Shown: piece by piece, positions 1-11,995 of the stretch
Numbering within the stretch: position 1 is the first letter of the stretch
Layout: each line of letters starts with the position of its first letter
Origin: Owenia fusiformis
Taxonomy: Eukaryota
Length of the DNA: 64,000 nt
NCBI GenBank assembly: GCA_903813345.2
Contig: CAIIXF020000001.1
Coordinates: 7,130,001-7,194,000 of the forward strand
Reading direction: 5' to 3'
Made by a program: the position numbers and the translations under genes
The notes under the pieces: model-generated
Databases searched by the model: none
What the model saw: the letters and a program-made list of their open reading frames with translations, nothing else
What the model was told of the DNA's origin: nothing

Positions 1-767
1 GAATTATGAATATTTTCTGATCATGAACATGTGTGTATCTTTTAGATCCATTCATTATCTTCAAGAAAAGTATATATATTGATAATTTAGTTAATCAGAC
101 CTCAGTAATATTGAAGAGGCAATGGGCCAATCAACATACTTTTTCAAAAATGTTGACCTAATTTTCACAAAAAATGCAACCTTTTATTATATTGTTGAAT
201 GCATAATTAGAATGTGCTTTGAGACATGTTTGATTTCCTAAAAGGAAAAGTTGATTGCTCCAGGGACTTTACAGATACTGAATTTGAATGACCAAAATGA
301 ACTAAAACCAATGGAGAAATTACATGGGGAACATTTATCTTAAAGCAATTAAGTTTTTCTTTCAAGAACTATTTGATACATCAAAATAGAGAATAGTAAT
401 GCATTAAACATTGTAAAAAATGATTGCATTTTTGGTGAAAATGGGGTCAACATCTTTGAAAAAGTGTGTTGATGGGTTGATTGCTAGTTAAATATCTCCG
501 AGTTTGTTTGACTTTATTATTACTGTATATAATTTTCTTTGAGATAATGACTTGATCTTAAAGATAAACCTGTCTTCATTGTCAGAAAATAGTCATAATC
601 CAAGACACAACCTTCTGAAATTGTTTGCGATAACCTACGTGCTCCTTTATTTAAGAGTAATAATGAATTGATCTAAAAGATAAACCTGTCTTCATTGTCA
701 GAAAATAGTCATAATCCAAGATATAACCTTCTGAAATTGTTTGCGATAACCTACGTGCTCCTTTAAA
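1..767. mobile_element. Degenerate fold-back MITE (left end outside the window) with a duplicated right terminus, in an intron of the PhyH-family gene
   Basis: ~10-200 is an imperfect reverse complement of ~400-600. The terminus ...GATAACCTACGTGCTCCTTTA occurs twice (~550-650 and ~665-767). Confidence 0.65.
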
Positions 768-957
768 ACCAATATGAACTTGCAGAAGTTTTTTGAATTC
801 TTCTCCATCGGGTTATATAATGTCAGTTTGCAAATTCTAAAATATATTATTTGAATTCAAAATGACTGAGAATTATCATTTATTTTTCATTGCCATTCAT
901 TATCATGTATGTAGGCCTAATATGCATTCACAGTACCACCTTATTTAATCTTTACAG

Positions 958-2353
958 ATATTGGTATAAGGATGGGTGTCTTTTCTCTGATATGGGCACT
1001 GTGTTTATTGCTGTCGATGAAAGCAATAAAACAAATGGATGTTTACAAGTACTTGAATTTTTATACTAAGATAATAATGATTTAGAGGGCATATTGGCTT
1101 GCCTCCAGATGTGGTCAGATAGTTTTGTAAGAACTAAACAAAAAGCTTTCTCTTAGAGCGGATATTTACTGCTTTGTATATGGTTTCTGACCTTTTCCTT
1201 CCATTACCATAATTCTGTTGTGAAAATTAGCACGGGTGGATTCCAGACTGGTAGAGCATTAGCCACTCCGAATCGACGAAAATAAATACTGTATTGGGAA
1301 ATGTTTTTTTCCTTGCAGGTAATTCCGGGTTCACACAAATGTGGCCGCATAGAGCACGTCATAGTTGGTGGTCAAACTGGTGCTGATACTGAGCGAGTGA
1401 AACAAGTTCAAAATAAACTAGGACTTGAATATGTGGAGATGAAACCTGGTTAGTTTTAATTTACAGATTAAATTCTGATATTTATATTTGAATTCAAGAT
1501 CTCATTAATTTGGACTATGTGGTGTCTTTTTGGTCACGATTTTGTCTTAGTTATTGACCACATACCCTTAGGTGATCACAAAGCAGTGTGTCTAGGGCCC
1601 CCATTTTATCATTTATTATTAAATCACAGATATAACATTTTCGGGAAATGTAATTTTTGTATACATCTAAATTCACATCCATGCATCCATTTTAGATCTA
1701 CCAAGCTGCACATATTTATGAAAGTCAAACATACAGAATCATTCCTCTTGCAGTATTGTAATATAAATAAGAGGCTGGGCGTAAATATAAAGTGGCAATC
1801 CTGAAGATTTACCTGGGCTGACTAATAAAAAGGACCCCTATTCTCACTACGCCTTGCTTTGTGGTCGAACATCCATTGCTAGTCAAAACTCTGCCTCATC
1901 TTCTACCATTTTGAAAATATTATAGGAGATGCTCTATTCTTTCATTCAAATCTTCTACACAAAAGCAATGCCAATAGCAGTGAAACCAGACGCTGGGCGT
2001 TCTTGGTAGCTTACAATTCTGTCGACAACAAACCATACAATACTACTAATCCACATTTTATATACGAGCCACTAAAAAAGGTAAAGTTGACATGTTCATG
2101 AACTGAATCCACAACATCAAACCATGAATTTGTAAACCTAATAATTTATTTCTACACTTGACAAACGCCACTTCTTGTTATGTTTTTGCCATTATTTGAA
2201 TCGTTATTCAAACAATGCTTTACCATGTCAATGATTTGCTTGTCACAGGTTCCCAACGATGCTGTTTTGAAGTGCTCTGTCAGCGACATATCTGGGAAAG
2301 ACTTCTGGAATCCCCGTAATGACAAAACGATTGTTTATGACGATGAGCTTTAA
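958..2353 (+). CDS. 3' coding exons of a PhyH/phytanoyl-CoA dioxygenase-family Fe(II)/2-oxoglutarate dioxygenase (5' part outside the window)
   Basis: Exons 958-1048, 1319-1448, 1926-2080 and 2249-2353 have AG/GT boundaries and compatible phases. They translate to (G)YWYKDGCLFSDMGTVFIAVDESNKTNGCLQ|VIPGSHKCGRIEH...VEMKPG|DALFFHSNLLHKSNANSSETRRWAFLVAYN...|VPNDAVLKC...DDEL*. NGCLxVIPGSH and GDALFFHxxLLHxSxxNxSxxxR are PhyH-family motifs. Confidence 0.9.
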
Positions 2354-2928
2354 AAATGTACAGTCGCTGAACTAAATCAAGACAACATGGTGATGTAATT
2401 GACTGATGATGTTCCGACTGTCAATAGTCCTGAGATAGGCATAAATGAGTACGAAACCAACTCTAATTAACAATGCACTGAAGTATTTTGGCGGTTTACG
2501 CGCATGTATCCCAGAACATTTTCTATGTGTACAATAGTATATAGTTTCTCTATAGCTGAATAAATCTGATATAATAGACGTCACCCTTGTCATTCTTCGT
2601 TTTGCTTGGGCCAGATTTCCATAGCCTTCCTTGTTATAAACCTGCAATAGTCGCTTAATTTAATGATTTATGAAAATGTCATCGAGTTGAATCTGTCTGA
2701 AACTCAAATGACATACTGCTGTCAATCCTATTGTGATTTATCATAATATTGTTGGTTGTCAAACGAATAAAAAAGAATCTTAGCATTGCATCAATGGAGA
2801 TGTGGCCAAAGTGTTTTTAAAAAGTCATGGAAAATTATTTAAATGACATAACTGTATAAATCAAAGTTATTATCGTGGGAAAACTTTCCACTGACTTCAA
2901 ATATGCAATAAAAAAGAAAGAAAAGTTA

Positions 2929-3615
2929 CACCCTATGCAGACAGAGCCTGTGGGAAATATTGGGTGCGGAGCAAATGAGCGGAGGGTGCGGAACTAACGG
3001 TCATTTTTGAATTTAAATTTGGGATATTTCTGAAACTAAGCCGTTTTGGGACTTCAAATATACCAAGATATGTGTATTTGACACCAAATATCAATACAAT
3101 TGTGAAAATAGTAGCGCAATTCATTCTATAGCGACGCAGTGTGCCTTAAACCTTTCCCAGACCTATATATTTTGAAATTATCCTTTTAATACTGAGTCCC
3201 CAGCACCCAATATTTAGAGGGGGCTCATATCTGAAGAACATTTCCGAATTTTTATAAAATCACACAGATACTGCCTGGCTTCCAAGATGCAAAAACAATT
3301 TGTATAGATAGTGTACCTTGAACACCATTTTTTATGAATGCTGGGGACGCAGTATTAAAAGGATAGTCTCAAAATATATAGGTCTGGGAAATGTTTAAGG
3401 CATACTGCGTCGCTATAAAATGAATTGCACTACTAGTTTCACAATTTTATTGATATTTGGTGTCAAATACACATATCTTGGTATATTTGAAGTCCCAAAA
3501 CGGCTTAGTTTCAGAAATATCCCAATTTTAAATTCAAAAATGACCGTTAGCTCCGCACCCTCCGCTCATTTGCGCCGCACCCAATATTTCCCACAGGCTC
3601 TGTCTGCATAGGGTG
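2929..3615. mobile_element. Fold-back MITE with CACCCT termini and 5-bp TSD
   Basis: ~275-bp inverted arms starting CACCCTATGCAGACAGAGCC. AGTTA at 2924-2928 and 3616-3620. Confidence 0.9.
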
Positions 3616-3620
3616 AGTTA

Positions 3621-4640
3621 GTTGCTGGAATTACACCTGGCGTTTTACAAAAGCTTCTTCGGTTTTAACCAGGTTTAAGAATTAGGTGTAATCACGATTG
3701 CGGTTTTACAAAAGCGCTTTTCTAAAACTCCAAGAACCCTTGTCACTAGTAAACGGCATAAGTCGCGTTTTAAGTGTGCAGTGTAATACCGATCGGTTTT
3801 TGTAAAACGCCTTACCCGGGTTTTTACTAGTTTTTAACATTTTCCCTAAACGAAATATTTGATACATTTGAAACATTTGATACATGATGAGACATCCGGT
3901 CACGCTGCTATCTGGCTATATCTAAATTGAAAAATGGATGATGGTCGCCAGGTCACATCGAAATCAAGTGTTATCTTCAGAGAATATGTACATATTTTCC
4001 TTTCACCTTTTATTATGTTTTCTCATAATTAATAAAAGATAAAAATTATGCAATGTCATGCATTTCTAATCAAATTATGGAAGATCAGTTTTGTCTTAGA
4101 TGCAAAAAGAATACATTTACAGGAGATGTACACATACATGTATGCTGGATGTTATCCATAACTACATCGTTAAAAGTGCACGAAAGGCGTTTTAGAATAA
4201 ACAGGTGTAATTCCAATATATAAATCCTAAGACGCTTTAGAAATGCAGCAAGGAGGATTGGCTCCCAGGATCGAAACTCGATATTTTCCAACAATGAAAA
4301 CGTCGAAATGTCGTTATTTTCTGAAATTAAAACCGACTATAAATTCAAAATAAACAGTTCAAAAGATTCGAACCAATATCTCGATCATTTCTTGTGAGTT
4401 TTGGAATTTTTCGTTTGGAAATAAGACCAAAATTCACGATTTAAATGTTGAAGTGAACAAAATGGCGGCTGTTTGAATTCGAATTTTGTATTACGACATA
4501 CCCATATATGGGACAGAATATCGGTGGTGCACTCTGGGAGCCAATCCTCCTTGGAAATGCAGGTGTAATCAGAATGGCGATTTTGTAAAGCGTCTTCCAC
4601 TAAAACGTTTTAGCGGATTTTGTGGTGTAATTTCAGCAAG
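3621..4640. mobile_element. Non-autonomous TIR element (PIF/Harbinger-like) containing a dispersed repeat
   Basis: TTGCTGGAATTACACC / GGTGTAATTTCAGCAA (15/16 match), with internal AAAACG/CGTTTT motifs. 4255-4473 recurs at ~14843-15061. Confidence 0.5.
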
Positions 4641-5513
4641 TGAGATTTCAAACCTATATCGAAACTCCTCAACTGATAATAAATTGCAACGCAATGAACA
4701 TGTCTACCAGTATATACCATACGACACTAACTGACAATGGGGGTTGGACATTGCAATTTAAGAAAAATGGAGACGAGATGAGAATAAGTTACGAAAAAAT
4801 ATCACAATTTTACAATATTTTCTCTCTCATTATTACATTTCATAGTGTTATCTGAAAAGCCAAACAGTTGTTTTGCCTTTATTTCAGTATAATCGTGTGT
4901 ATTTTAAGGTAGTTTTCGAAGGGATTGCCTTCAAGATTTTACACGATCCCTTCTTATCATTGAAGACACTGAAATACTTCCATCATAATGTTACCTCATA
5001 AGAGTACGGAGGAACAATTAGAATTCAGTTCGAAAAATATAATTCAATTCATTTAGATAATTACAGAACTATATACAAGCAACTAAACAAGAAATATTAA
5101 CATTAGAACTTCTGGATGAATATGATATTTCAAGCTACGTGAACCTTACGGCATCTCCGAATTCCTTTAGGTTATTGTCATTTGCAATTTGGTTTTACAT
5201 AAGCATGAAGCTCATGGAGATACCTTTTTATAGTACATGTATGCCGTAATGTTTAATAACATCGAGATTTAGAGTTTTATCATATTGTTGGCAATGATAG
5301 GCTGCAACTAGAACTAGCATTGACAACGTGTGATGATGGCTCGGTCATGATACTTGAATGTTTCGATGACACATTCTGACGCATTCCAGTGTCGCTTGTC
5401 TCATACAGACATGTTGTCTCCTCATTTTTTACTCCAGTTTCACTGCGTGTCGGTATAATTGGCTCCTTTGGCCAAGCGCCATTGTGACTTATGTAGCCTT
5501 TATTGATATCTAA

Positions 5514-5653
5514 TGCCTTGGTCACATAGGCTCCGATTTTCACTACGGCGCCCGGCCGATTGAGTATTTTGTTCAAAATTGAATACAATATTGAACAAAA
5601 CACTCAATCGGCCGGGCGCCGGCCGATGGATCGGAGCATATGTGACCCAGGCA
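5514..5653. mobile_element. 140-bp fold-back MITE (PIF/Harbinger-like) in the last exon of the receptor gene
   Basis: TIR TGCCTTGGTCACATAGGCTCCGAT / ATCGGAGCATATGTGACCCAGGCA plus an inner inverted repeat. Flanked by TAA (5511-5513) and TCA (5654-5656). Removing 5514-5656 joins ...YLAW to LDINKGY... in frame. Confidence 0.8.
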
Positions 5654-8600
5654 TCACCAGGCCAAGTAGGTACCATCTATACTTTGTTCTGTCGGCTCTC
5701 TGACACTACCAGGAAGGATCGGAACTTTCAAAGCTGGTGAATTTGCAATTGCTTGATCTTGTTGTTCTTCGTCACTTACTTTGATTTTGGCTCTTCTTGT
5801 AGGTCGCACTATGCCCGTCCTTGATATGTCTGCTTCCTTCTGTATTCTCAGAATGGCATCCTCGAGAATCCGTTCAACATCTATACGACTTTGCTTTTTT
5901 GGAAGACCTTTGAAGAAGCCAAGAAGGTCTTTTATGTCCTGAATCCCTGGGTTTCTCAATGTTAACTCTAAAAAGTTCAGCATTTTCCAAGTTGGACTTT
6001 GACGATGGGAGTGTTTCTGTATTTGTTCAACATCTTTTTCTGATAGACTCAGGTATGACGCTAAAATTCTCCAGTCATTACCACATATTGTATTCTCGTT
6101 GGTGTCAAGTTTGTCCACCAAGTCATTTCGTTCGTCGAGATTAAATAGCGATCCCCTCGTAGAGTTTGGGCGACTGTCAATCTTTTTGGCCTCGAGTGAC
6201 TTTTGGAATTGATTTTGTTTTTTCTGGGAGGTCGAGATAGCGACGGATTTCGATTCAAATTTGCCGAGGATTTCAATTCTACATCTAAATTGAGTCATTT
6301 TTGTCTGCGATAAATACCATCTCCTTGCTATCTCTTGGTCGAAGAAACAATTCAGTGAAGGCGACCTGAGAAAATAGAGGGATGATAATTTAGTTATTGT
6401 GGAAGGATGTCATAGTTCTCCGAACTGAAGGATTTAAAAATATAGCATAGGCCTACTAGTATGCAAATGATTATGATGCGAATTTAGTTAAAATTGTCAA
6501 AGCTGGGACAATGCATAATCACGAACAGCGCCTCGCCAAACCTGTTTGCAGGTCGAAAACACATCGTTACAATTTTAGCTCATCAATACCTCGTGCATAT
6601 TGTCTTCTTTCAAGGATGGTCCATATACACTCCATGCTTTGTCAACATCTACAAGGCTGGCAGTAATAGTCCCGTGCTCTTCACTTGGATCAATTCGAAT
6701 CTGAAAAGGGTTCGTCGATACACGCATTTTACCTTGTTGTTCTTCCTCTGTTAGAACACTCTAAAAATGAAATAACATTCTCAATTTTTAATATATTTCA
6801 AATTAATAACACTTCACAAAGACAATTCACAAAATTACACCTACCGACATTATATTACACAATATTGTAATGAACGAAGAAACACAAAACTAATTCACAT
6901 CTGGATTACCAGTTAAAAGACATACGTGTACCTCTAACTCATTCGAATCGATGCACCAAATGTACAAGATAAGATCTTCACCCTCAATGATCTGACTGGC
7001 CAGAATCAAAATCGTCTTCCAGTACATCTCGCCTCTCGGGGAAGCCTCGGAATGCTGTTGGCCAATTGTACCGAATCCAGTAAAGTGTGATAAAAACAAG
7101 GTGATGTTTTCTTTTTGAACCAAGGCGTCAGAAGAAGGGTCCTCGTCCACAAAATCATATTCCAATTGGTTGTTCGTGGTTTTAGTATAGATTGTCTTCA
7201 CCTGCCAATCTTTTAGCCGTGTCACGTAGTGTGGGTAGGAAAGTGTTATCATATTTTCAAATTTAAACCCATCAGGTCCACAAATAATGAATGGACTTAT
7301 GATCTGGCCTTGCTTATTCATGGATGCAGAAACATGTGTAGTATCTGGATGTACGTACATAAAAATACGCTGTCTCGTCCCCTTTGGAATAGCTCCCGGT
7401 GGCACGAACATAGTGACTCTGTAGGCTGGTAGCTCAAGGCGCCCTCCCTCTTCCGTCAGGATATCCTCCACGTAAAATGGGGAATCAGATGATACATCTA
7501 AGGCTGGAAGCAGCTGGTGTTGTTTGCTGCGCTTTTCGATGTTGTGACACACAGACTGCCCGATGCTATCTTGCGATTTGTGCTGTCCAAGGATGCCCTC
7601 TAAACTGTTGCCGAGACTATAATAGGCGCTGTCGGAGTCAGTTCGAATGACCTTGCTATATTTGTCCTTAGGGAGGAGCGAATCAATGTAATCACTACTA
7701 TCCAGAGCTTCAGCATTTTTTCCATCTTTTACGATAACTGCCTTGTTGAAACTGTATAGCTCATCATTTTCATCCGATTTTATTTTCACAACTTCATGTA
7801 TAGGGGTTGAAACTTTGATATCGTTGATATAATCGTTTTCTGTTTGTATCGTGGTTTCAGGCGTGCATACAGGTACTTGTATGTCTTGTGTGATTTTGTT
7901 ATCTTTATTTTCATACGGCTCACTATATATCGCCTCTTGGACGTATGAAGAGTCGGACATTGTACCATTCGCCCGTTGTTTCTGAATGAGTAAAATAATA
8001 AAATAATAAATTTATTTTTAGTATCTATATAGCCTAAGCTTCATCAGAAAGTCCTTCTTTGCCAAGCTGATGAGTGCGATGTTAATTTATATTATAATTT
8101 CAATGAGAATATACAACGCCCAACTATAAAATGATTAAATGTTTACCTTAGCTCTGAGAAAGAGAGAGGTTCCCAAGGCACTAAAGGCAACAGCAAGGAC
8201 TCCACATCCAAGTGAAATGCCTATTGTCGTTGTCAGGAACACACGGTTACTCCCCTCATCCCTGTACACTCTGCTGATTACATTCGGATCCGACGTTACA
8301 GTCCAAATCATCGTGCCATTCTCTGTTGAATTGTCGAGATAGTTCACAATTTCGCCGCTGTTTTGTAGTCTTGACTTCCATTGTTTTATTGTTTTTCCAC
8401 GGTTAAATGTTATTTTTGTTCTGTTCCTGTAGGCATATTTGCCGTTCTTTTTCATTTCCTTTCTGCACGCATTGATAAACCTATCTTCTCTTGAAATACA
8501 TCTCTTACTTGAAATACACCAGGACGTGAAATGACCTAATTCACAATTTGTCTCAATGGGATTATGACTAAAATCCAAAGACAGGCCATATACAGATCCC

Positions 8601-9567
8601 TCAATGAATGGCACAATATTGTCAATACTCTGATCAGAATAACATTATGCGATAGATTGAGAAATGGCGGTGGTTGTAAGAGGGGCAGTTTTGGATTGAA
8701 ATGAGCGATTGCATCCAGTCCTATATGACTGATGTTGTTGTTTGATACATCTATGTATATTATCTCCTTTGAATCAACTTTATCTTCATATTTTGGACGA
8801 TCTGCGTCACTAAGGGGATCCCAAACTAATTCAACGATACCATTATGTGAACTAATAAGCCTCTTTATGTGTTTGAAACAACCAAGAGGCAAGGGTCTAC
8901 CAGAAAGAGAATCTATGTCGGAAATATAGTCTTGTGAGTCGTTCTTTTTGTTACTCTGGTCAATTTGGATCCGCTGTTGAGAGACGTCCAACTCCCGTAA
9001 CAAAGGCGCAGATGATAGTTCATTCAATAATCCCCAACATACGTTAGCTATGTAATTGTTGGATAACGATAACCATTTCAAATTCGGAAGATGACTTGTG
9101 AGATCACTCTCGATCGCAATGATGTTGTTGCTCTCGAGGGATAAGTGGGTGATGTCGTGAAATATATGACGATGGAAAAACCGCTTTTGCAGTGTAACAT
9201 GTTCCCATTCATTAATGCCATCAAGAATAAACGTTACATTCCCACATTCTTGTTCATCAGTTTGCTTGCGTTTATTTGGAGACATATGTTTACTAGGCCT
9301 TGAGCTGTGTTTCTGAACAATGCTTTTGTAAAATAAACTATTACCCGACAAGTCAATATAACAAGAACGTGGAAGATTTGAAAAATGTCCACTTCTAATA
9401 AAGTTGTGTGAAAGGTTCAAAAGGGTCAAATGTCCTTTAAAATTATCAGTGTTGCTGAGTGACGGAGGTATAATACGTAAATGATTATGAGACAAATCAA
9501 TTACAGAAATGTGCTGGGTGAGAGAAAAACGATGTAAAGAATGAATATTTGAACTAATGGTGTTATT

Positions 9568-10113
9568 TTATCCCGTTCCCGGACTATAGTCCTGCACTGA
9601 TCGCATTCATTTGCCTGTACGATTACAACTTGTGAGAATTATCTACGCCCCTTACACTTAAGATACCTACCTCAATGCATTATAGAACTCAAGATGTAAC
9701 TTCTAATATATTGGAACCGCCGATTGTCTGGGTATATCGGCAGAACGGGAACATTTTCTCTTTTTCATCGAGAGAGATTCCATCACTTTTCAAAATGGCG
9801 GTTGGATTTAAAAGGGGAATCCCCCGTTTGGCTGTCCCGGATGTAGCCCGGAAGTACCAATATGGAGGAATTTGACGGTTGAAATAAGTTAAATGTTACA
9901 CGCAAATATTGCGATCAAAAACGAAAATGTCTTCGTTCTGCCGATAAACCCAGACAATTGTGGATTCAACTACACGAAAAGAATGCTAAATTACCAAGGA
10001 ATCTATTGAAGTAGGTATCTGAAGTGTAAGATCAGTAAAAAATTCTCCCATGTTGTAATCGCACAGGCAAAAGATTGAGATGTTCACAGGACCATAGTCC
10101 GGGAACGGGATAA
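9568..10113. mobile_element. 546-bp MITE with 8-bp TSD in the LRR exon
   Basis: TIR TTATCCCGTTCCCGGACTATAGTCCTG / CAGGACCATAGTCCGGGAACGGGATAA. TSD GTGTTATT at 9560-9567 and 10114-10121. Removal restores ...SNLPNNT-ISSNIHSLHRFSLTQHISVIDLSHN... Confidence 0.9.
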
Positions 10114-10715
10114 GTGTTATTGGGAAGGTTGGACAATGAGATACGAGCAAGTGGGGTACCGGAGCAGTCAACGTGCACGAATCTGTTGAGCTCAGTTGAA
10201 CAGTTGCACGAGGAGCAGATAGAGTCAGTCTCTTTCCTTCGTGGTTGCACCCCCAGTATATGATACAGGAAAACCCAGACAAATAGGAGGTGCTCAGTAT
10301 TTTGGTACGATCAGTGGTCATGAAGCTGTTCATATTTGCCTGCCATCTATATGCTCACAAGCAGACGAATCCTGCTTTTGGGAATGTCATCTAATTCTTG
10401 CATCTGAAAATATGATACACAATCTGATTTAAAAAGATACTGGGATAAACTGGGGTAAAAATCCAGTCCTCTGAGCTTTCTTTAAATGTTGTTGTTTTGT
10501 TCATCGAGTTTAAAATTTTAAAATTGTAACTCTCAAAAATTAACCAACCTAGTTATAAGTGTAGTTATAAAATTCAATCTTCAAATCAGTGAAAAAATTC
10601 TAAAAGTCCCTAAAAGTTGCTGTCCCATAGTCTGTCGTTCTTCCGGGGCCAGGTGTCCAGGTCCCGCTTCGATCCTGTTCTCGGGTGTTATTCAGGTGAT
10701 ATAGCAAATTTCATC

Positions 10716-11321
10716 AAAGGAGTAGTATCGATATGGTGAACCTTTTGAACACGCGTTTCTCTTAAACCAGTCATCAAAACATTCTGAAAATTTTACACAT
10801 CGTCAATGTAATAGTTATCTTTTGGATGGTAACATCTATCCGAACCTCATTGGAACAAAATTTATTTTCTTAGACCTCTCAATATTATAGTTATACAAAG
10901 GTAATTTTGGTTGATTTACAAAAAATATGCAAAACTTAAAACAAAACCCCCCCAAAATAGATAAAAATTAACATAAACCTTTTATTTCATCAACAAGATA
11001 CTTTTTTTTAAATCAACCAAACTTTCCTTTGTGCAATGACAATATTGAGAGACCTAAACACGTTGTGTTTATGTCGTTTTGTTCCAATGAGATAGTAAAT
11101 GTTTCATTTCATCCCGAACATATGATACCAAGAACAAAAGAAGTGGCTGATGTGTTTTCTAAAACAATATAGAGAAAAGTATATATATATATTTCAAATT
11201 ATAATTACCATCCAAAAGATGATCATTAAAATGACGATGTGTAAAATTTTCAGAATGTTTTGATGACTGGTTTAAGAGAAACGCGTGTCCAAAAAGTTCA
11301 GCATATCGATATCACTCCTTT
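10716..11321. mobile_element. Fold-back MITE (AAAGG...CCTTT termini); related copy at ~37822-38546
   Basis: ~90-bp inverted arms GAACCTTTTGAACACGCGTTTCTCTTAAACCAGTCATCAAAACATTCTGAAAATTTTACACATCGTCA / reverse complement at 11231-11321. Confidence 0.8.
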
Positions 11322-11995
11322 ATTTGACAACATAGTGCATGTAAATGTTGTTAAATAAATACTAAACATCGTGTGAAATTATATGTCACTATGACCCATC
11401 TTTTAACAGTTTTAACATTAGAGCTTATCTCTCAAATGGCGAACCTTTAATCGTTTGAAAATGTTGGAACATCCAACTGTTGCATGAAAACTTGAAATTA
11501 CAGTAGTACAATAAAAATAAACCTTGAAAATATAATTGCAGGTTTGTTCAAGGGAACGAGAAAACATGAACGCTTAAAGCGCGATTTAATAAACAACGAA
11601 AAATCTGTCAAACGACAATAGGCCTGATGACATAAATAGCAAGTACAGTGTAAGGTTAAAAGAATTAAAATGACTAATGGTGCAAATGTGACTCATAGAG
11701 AACTGATCTCAATGGGCGTCGGGTCAAACTAGATAACAGCAACGCCAAAGCGTAGCTAATCCAATCGAACAGCCATGGCTGCCAATTTTACAAAAATCCT
11801 TCAACCACTTTTTCAGTTATCGCAAAAATCGTATAATAGCACACATAAAAAAATGGCCACCATTTTCAGAATGATCGCTTAGTGACAAGCCAAATTGTCA
11901 TAAGAAAGTATAATATACTTCTAAATTAATAGGCACATAACAAAACGTACATGTAAATGGCGGCCATTTTGACAGTAGCCGCATACTAGCCAAAA

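Larger units (their letters stand above)
5280..10346 (-). pseudogene. Disrupted type-I membrane receptor gene: signal peptide - LRRNT/LRR/LRRCT - TM - Tyr-rich linker - ZU5 - UPA-like - death domain - C-terminal tail
   Basis: Reconstructed exons 10346-8147, 7981-6932 (or 6926), 6760-6590 and 6365-5280, joined in phase 0 at GT/AG sites. Domains: LRRNT ICSSCNCS..VDCSG; LRRs (LLNLSHN, LSLESNNI, LSLSNNYI, IDVSNNNI); LRRCT HNPIETNC..W; TM IGISLGCGVLAVAFSALGTSLFL; ZU5 EEGGRLELPAYRVTMFVPPGAIP...SPFIICGPDGFKF; DD NDWRILASYLSL...SPTWKML. Lesions: TGA at 10313-10311, MITE 9568-10113, frameshift ~8630, frameshift ~6300, MITE 5514-5653. Confidence 0.8.

Noticed and set aside
2933-3611. Two near-identical 63-aa ORFs on opposite strands
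   Set aside because: They are the two arms of a fold-back MITE, with no coding hallmarks.
5280-5603. Independent 107-aa gene
   Set aside because: Its start lies in the MITE; the remainder is the original C-terminal tail of the receptor.
5654-7960. UNC5 or PIDD1 orthologue
   Set aside because: No Ig/TSP1 ectodomain (unlike UNC5); has a signal peptide, TM and one ZU5 (unlike PIDD1). No gene symbol assigned.
9568-10113. Exonic MITE spliced out as an introner
   Set aside because: No GT/GC..AG at or near the boundaries on the minus strand that cleanly restores the frame, and other lesions exist anyway.
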